Assembly: GCF_000497125.1 (NCBI RefSeq)
Contig: NC_090596.1
Coordinates: 1,054,001-1,118,000 of the forward strand
Length of the DNA: 64,000 nt
DNA from: Spironucleus salmonicida
Taxonomy: Eukaryota
Reading direction: 5' to 3'
Shown: positions 60,292 through 64,000 of the stretch, piece by piece
Layout: each line of letters begins with the position of its first letter
Position numbering within the stretch: the stretch's first letter is position 1
The notes under the pieces: model-generated
Seen by the model: only the letters and a program-made list of their open reading frames with translations
What the model was told of the DNA's origin: nothing
Database searches by the model: none
Translations under genes and position numbers: made by a program

Positions 60292-60597
60292 TCACAGGAC
60301 GGCGCTGTCTTCCGTCTGCGACAACATTTAGCACACGCTACGCGCCTCCATCCGGAGCAGCTGGAAGTTGCTGGCCAGGATCTGGGCGTTATCCTCCAAA
60401 ATAGTCACGAAGAGGAGCATTTTTTCTATCTTGCGCTGCTGCTTCTATCCAAGGTGGATTGAGCTCCTGATGCACGACGTCAGCACGATCTGCGGGTTCG
60501 AAAAGTTGAAATCTTCTTCTGTAAAGCTACAAGTCGACGGCGCTTACATGTACCGCGGAGGTTCTAGAAGTTCTGTAATTAGTTTTGACAGGGTCAT
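60292..60597 (-). CDS. Hypothetical 101-aa protein
   Basis: MTLSKLITELLEPPRYMQAPS...QTEDSAVL*. Confidence 0.5.
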
Positions 60598-60877
60598 TCT
60601 ATAGATTGAAAAGTTTGCTGTAGTATATGTAGTATATACCAATATAAACCATAGTAAATGAAACCCCTTTGAATATCGACTATTCAATGTTTCCTAATTC
60701 CATATGAACCTTATTTTTAATCAACTAGCACCCTTAAAGTTTATTTCCATGAGGCTACAAATACCCTGACAATACATATCCTAGTTGCGAAATCTAATAA
60801 ATATCTTACTTAAATACGTTAATTTTAATAAAATATCCATTTCAGAATGTCCAAAACCATATTACCCCGGAAAAATA

Positions 60878-62329
60878 TCACTTCAAGAACCCGTTAATCA
60901 GCCCGTAGACCGTGAAGGCGAAACCGACGGCAAAGATGGAGATGATACTGAAAATGACCCAATTCTGGTCCAAGAACCCACTGAAAGGCGTTTTAGGCGC
61001 CGCGAACTCCTCCCGGCACCGCTTTCTGGCTCTCAGCAGCAGCACAGCTGGTGACAGCAACACCACAAATGCGAAGAGACCGGAAACGTCGATAATGCTC
61101 CCCAAGCATCGGAAAAAACCTGCCAAAATTCCAGCCGGGATCACACTTGCGAGCTTGAACGCAACGTCGAATACCCTGCTGTTCTCCGTTTTCGGCGATA
61201 TCTGCTTCAGATTCGCTGACATCGAGAGCGCCACGATGGGCATCGAGCCTATAACGTAGATTGGCGGGAGAATGCGGACCAGGTAGGAGAGGAACTTGAA
61301 AAATACGGGCTGGTGCTGAGCACCCCAGCTTTTCCCATCCCACTGCAACAGATTCAGCGTGATCAGCTGCGCACCGTCAGTACCAAAATACATTGCCGAT
61401 GGGTAGGCTACTATTGCCATTAGGACGTAAATAACGCCGAAGGCGAGTGTCATGGCCCGATTAAGGTATTTCTAGTGTTGCTGTACCACAGGTCGCATCG
61501 TGGTGGGAATGGCACTGTGGAGGATAATAGCGTATATGGAGCTAGAAAATACACTTGAAAATGTCGAAATCTCAAACTTAAATACGGGAATGTTATTTTT
61601 GATGAAAGGGGCCGCGCTGGTCGTGTTACCATTGACGTCAAAAGGTGAGAGAAACATAGCAACAAAGGGGATTATTGCTATTATCAGGACTGCAGTGATC
61701 CGGATTGCCGTTAAAATTGTTTATAAAACGTTCTGTTTCGAAATATCAAAAAATATCATAATCGATGTGTAGACAATAGCAACAAATGTCCAGACAAAGT
61801 AAGCAATGTTGCACCTACTCGAGTAAACCTAGCAAGGATCACCGCACTCCCAGCTGGCCCCAAACGGGACGATTGAGGCTATAGATTAAGCTACAATAGC
61901 AGTATAACTCCACATAGCTCCAAACGTGAGGCAACAGACGGCTATCAAATAGATGATCTTTCCAGCCGTCCCGTAGTAAATTTAGCACATTTCAGAAAAC
62001 TCATAGGTAGCGTCATTCGGTAGTGAGAAGTCTGGAGATGTGATCTCATCAATAGGCTGTTCTTCAAGGGTTGTCTAGATTTCAATTTTCTAGTTTTCGG
62101 CTTCTTATAAATTTTAGACTTAGATGCATCTTTAAAGAGCAAATGTACGAGATACAATATCTATTGAGTATCTACCTAGGAGATATCCTAAAAATGTTAT
62201 TATAGTGATTAAAATCAAAGATACTACTATTGATGCTCTCGCTACAGTTTATGGGAGGTTAAGAATACCAACACCTATTGTGAAATTGATTAAAACAGCA
62301 GATGCCGTGAATGCCTTATAATTAGGCAT
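60878..62329 (-). CDS. Amino acid transporter (Aa_trans, TMEM104-like), ~483 aa
   Basis: MPNYKAFTASAVLINFTIGVGILNLP TM1 motif, YEFSEMCQIYYG, in frame with 60878-61453; ends AAG-TGA. Confidence 0.85.
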
Positions 62330-62562
62330 TTTGGTTTAATATAATTTACTATATATAAGTATACTCAATTGGTTAGTATTACATAATAGCTCCCTAAGCT
62401 AATGGTATAAAAAGTATATAAGCAATAATTTATAGTATATGTGGTTTAATTTGTAAAAATAATACTTCTTTGATTATTTATAATGTAATATTAATTGTGG
62501 TTTACAAAGTATAGTTAATGTAAATTATAGGTTATTATGGATGATATAAAAATAAAATTGGT

Positions 62563-63417
62563 TCATTATCTCCTATATACATTCAAATCCCCACCATCTC
62601 TTTTACCACCTAAACATACAGGCTTTTCTCCATCTCTTTTTTACTTAAAACCGTGAGCAATACTTAAATCAGTATCTAAATTTCTAGTAACTTTAACAGT
62701 TAAGTCAAAATTAGGAAGTTATGTACCATAACCAGTACTAAGAACATTTTTAGCTCTATCCCCCTTATCTATAATTACACCAGCTGCCGACATTTCTTAT
62801 TTGTCTAAGGGAATCTCTTCACTGAATGTTTTAATAAGATGTCTTTTAATTGTTTCAGGAACTATTTCACCACGATTTTTAATTACATATCCTTTGTCAA
62901 GATAGACCCCTGAAAGTTATTCTGATGCAGTATCGCCTGCTAGCTTTTTTGTACTAATACCACAAACTTTGGTGAGATCCGCATCATAATTACGTTTGAC
63001 AGACTCTCCAATATCAGCATACTCAGAATGAAGAGTATGCAATAAAGGGTGCTTGTGACAAGGGTCTGGTGCTGGATTCTTAAATAAAAGAGCAACCTCA
63101 CAAGGACGATATGGTGGCATATCGGGTGCACATTCAGGATGCTGAGTCAAATCATAGTATTCTGAATTTGGATTATCTGAAGTAGGATCGCGCTTATTCG
63201 CAATTTCTTTATACGTAAATTCACGCTCTGGGATCCATGGTGTATCTCTTTCTGGTTTAAGTCCATGACGGAACTATGGATCTTCTGGGTTGTGAGGTAG
63301 TGAGAATTTTGGCTTGGGGTTATTATAACTTGGATTGTTGGACCAGTCTTCAGCATCCTTAACTTTCTGCGAAGAACGGAACTTTAATGCTACAGCACGA
63401 CGTTCTGCAGCGTTCAT
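62563..63417 (-). CDS. Hypothetical 284-aa Pro-rich soluble protein
   Basis: MNAAERRAVALKFRSSQ...GGDLNVYRRQ*; TGA-free frame that includes track ORF 62917-63150. Confidence 0.72.
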
Positions 63418-63538
63418 AATTTGCGGAAATGTATATAACTATATTAAATATATATTTATTAATAATATTAATAAATTAATATATAATTTATATGTTTTAT
63501 GTATAAAATCTAGTTTTAGGCGCACTCCATTATTAATA

Positions 63539-63700
63539 ATGCCTATCAAATTTGAAGATGTAGTTCATGTTGACCCTTTGAGCAGAACCCAGAGAAAGCA
63601 AATTACAGCAAAAACTGCTTGCTAAGAAGTTGAGAAAAAAGTACAGTAAACTAAACCTCATTTTTATGAAGACGAGAACGCATTCAAGAGAAAGGTCTGA
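63539..63700 (+). CDS. Hypothetical 53-aa protein
   Basis: CACTCC upstream; MPIKFEDVVHVDPLSR...AFKRKV*. Confidence 0.5.
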
Positions 63701-63857
63701 TTTTATTATTTTTTTGTATCAAAAACCACGATATTGGTGTTAAAATGAACATCTATTATCAATATTTTACTAACTCACCTTAATTCCTATCCATAAATAA
63801 TTTCAATAATTAATTATAATTATTATATAATTTTATTAGTTTGTTCCACTTCAGATT

Positions 63858-64000
63858 ATGGAGGATTCATATCAAAAAGAACTGGACAGCTTGTCAATAG
63901 AAATGAAATAGTAGCTTATTAAACTAGAGGAACTAACATCTGAATATCTTAACCTTAAATCTTCCTCATTTAGATAATTCTTAAAGAACGAGATTGTTCG
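63858..64000 (+). CDS. Start of a coiled-coil-like protein, truncated by the window end
   Basis: CCACTTC upstream; MEDSYQKELDSLSIEMKQQLIKLEEL... Confidence 0.5.

Noticed and set aside
1-64000. CRISPR arrays, rRNA genes, telomeric arrays, spliceosomal introns
   Set aside because: None seen; genes read contiguously once TAA/TAG are treated as Gln.

Overview
Gene-dense, apparently intron-free eukaryotic DNA that reads correctly only with TAA/TAG = Gln and TGA as the sole stop. Together with AGTGA stop contexts, C-rich motifs just before start codons, a cysteine-rich membrane protein and a bacterial-type tryptophanase, this points to a hexamitid diplomonad (Spironucleus/Hexamita-like; inference). 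The supplied ORF track therefore fragments most genes and shows many antisense shadow ORFs. Single-copy genes include an axonemal dynein heavy chain (5' part), two amino-acid transporters, tRNA-Gly and tRNA-Asn, rpl17, a membrane-anchored palmitoyl-protein thioesterase and an RRP3/DDX47-like helicase. The centre is a 10.8-kb inverted repeat (14876-25660 / 27562-38346) followed by a third 6.35-kb partial copy (38503-44852). These copies triplicate a very GC-rich cassette: tryptophanase, WCGDC thioredoxin, a possible PCNA/9-1-1 clamp-like protein, Vps36, three orphans and a tiny metallothionein-like gene. A second metallothionein-like paralogue lies in a 639-bp inverted repeat (4979-5617 / 11178-11816) that joins genes from the two opposite ends of the large repeat unit. 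A 3.7-kb block between those small repeats is copied again at 47-50.7 kb. The best novelty candidates are the five unannotated metallothionein-like genes and the amplified cassette that carries three of them. All coordinates and translations were derived by hand, and no database searches were run.
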